Below are positions 63,744 through 64,000 of a stretch of DNA of 64,000 nucleotides, piece after piece. The notes below the pieces were generated by a model. It was not told the origin of the DNA. It ran no database searches and saw only the letters and a list, made by a program, of their open reading frames with translations. This DNA is from Candidatus Omnitrophota bacterium (GTDB taxonomy: Bacteria; Omnitrophota; Gorgyraeia; 2-01-FULL-45-10), in assembly GCA_041650805.1 (NCBI GenBank), contig JBAZKM010000006.1, positions 17,837-81,836 of the forward strand, given 5' to 3'. A program made the translations under genes and the position numbers. Positions within the stretch are counted from its first letter, which is position 1; every line of letters begins with the position of its first letter.

Positions 63744-64000
63744 TATACGGGAAGCCGTATACTGGAAACGGGCAGAGATAAACGGATTTTTGGCGGAACA
63801 TACCAAGGGCCGCGCAGAAACATTTTCTACCTGCAACCGTTTTGAGGTCTACGGCACTGCCGAGAACGCCGCTGATGTAGAAAAGACGGCCAATGCTTTA
63901 AAAAGCCGCTTCGCTCCGCTCTTTAAAAGGGCCTATGTTTCCTATGGCGAAAATAACGTTTTAAGGCATTTGGTGCGTCTTGCCGCAGGCCTTGAGTCCG
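63697..64000 (+). CDS. hemA: Glutamyl-tRNA reductase HemA (3'-partial; runs off the window)
   Basis: N-terminus MYFYLIGIDHKIAPIDIREAV...TCNRFEVY matches HemA (GxxHKxAPxxxRE; catalytic Cys in TCNR). Frame open to the window end. Confidence 0.6.
   Translation, partial: MYFYLIGIDHKIAPIDIREAVYWKRAEINGFLAEHTKGRAETFSTCNRFEVYGTAENAADVEKTANALKSRFAPLFKRAYVSYGENNVLRHLVRLAAGLES

Noticed and set aside
1-64000. CRISPR arrays, rRNA genes or insertion-sequence transposases
   Set aside because: No regularly spaced short direct repeats, no rRNA-like conserved blocks and no DDE transposase motifs were seen. The only recombinase is the large serine recombinase.

Overview
The 64-kb window appears to come from a GC-rich (roughly 55-60% by eye) uncultivated bacterium; phylum not determined. 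Three parts stand out.

1. Conserved chromosome, nt 1-31,400. It holds:
- an Mrp/Mnh-type multisubunit cation:proton antiporter module (MrpA-C-term/B/C/D/E/F/G), a NuoI-like 4Fe-4S ferredoxin and a HycI-type hydrogenase maturation protease;
- pabB-pabC;
- a TonB-dependent receptor;
- a 2,330-aa multidomain giant protein: PCMT-like methyltransferase, five tandem Fis-type-HTH-like 60-aa repeats, a second SAM methyltransferase and an APH/kinase-like domain;
- bioY;
- a four-gene glycosylation operon (ArnT/PMT-like GT, GT2, YdjC deacetylase, TPR membrane protein);
- tRNA-Leu, smpB and tmRNA;
- an AmiC-like amidase, murI and a complete queD-queC-queE-queF preQ1 operon;
- two-subunit class I fumarase, rph and rdgB.

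2. tRNA-rich junction, about 31.4-33.6 kb. It carries tRNA-Pro, tRNA-Arg and tRNA-His. A 308-nt strongly structured intergenic region lies between the first two. A ~148-nt repeat with inverted termini (MITE-like) occurs twice in full and once in part. Each copy abuts a tRNA, a tRNA fragment or a GIY-YIG gene (one intact, one truncated).

3. AT-rich genomic island, about 33.6-58.9 kb, apparently ~25 kb and horizontally acquired. It contains:
- a large serine recombinase, its DUF2924-like partner and an excisionase;
- a defence cluster: SNF2 helicase, type III Mod, type III Res, TcmP-like protein, a three-Cys (CxxxCxxxC) radical-SAM/SPL-like protein, and a 527-aa unknown;
- a ParB-nuclease/DNA-methyltransferase fusion and small and large terminase subunits (prophage remnant);
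- a block of secreted/repeat proteins;
- a PD-(D/E)xK-like protein and a nucleoside-deoxyribosyltransferase/TIR-like protein.

Downstream conserved genes resume: an MscS-like channel, a TPP riboswitch with Thi4 thiazole synthase, an Rrf2 regulator with a palindromic operator, DUF2061, cysH, sirC-like and hemA (3' partial).

No CRISPR array and no rRNA were seen. All domain calls rest on motifs recognised by eye, not on database searches.
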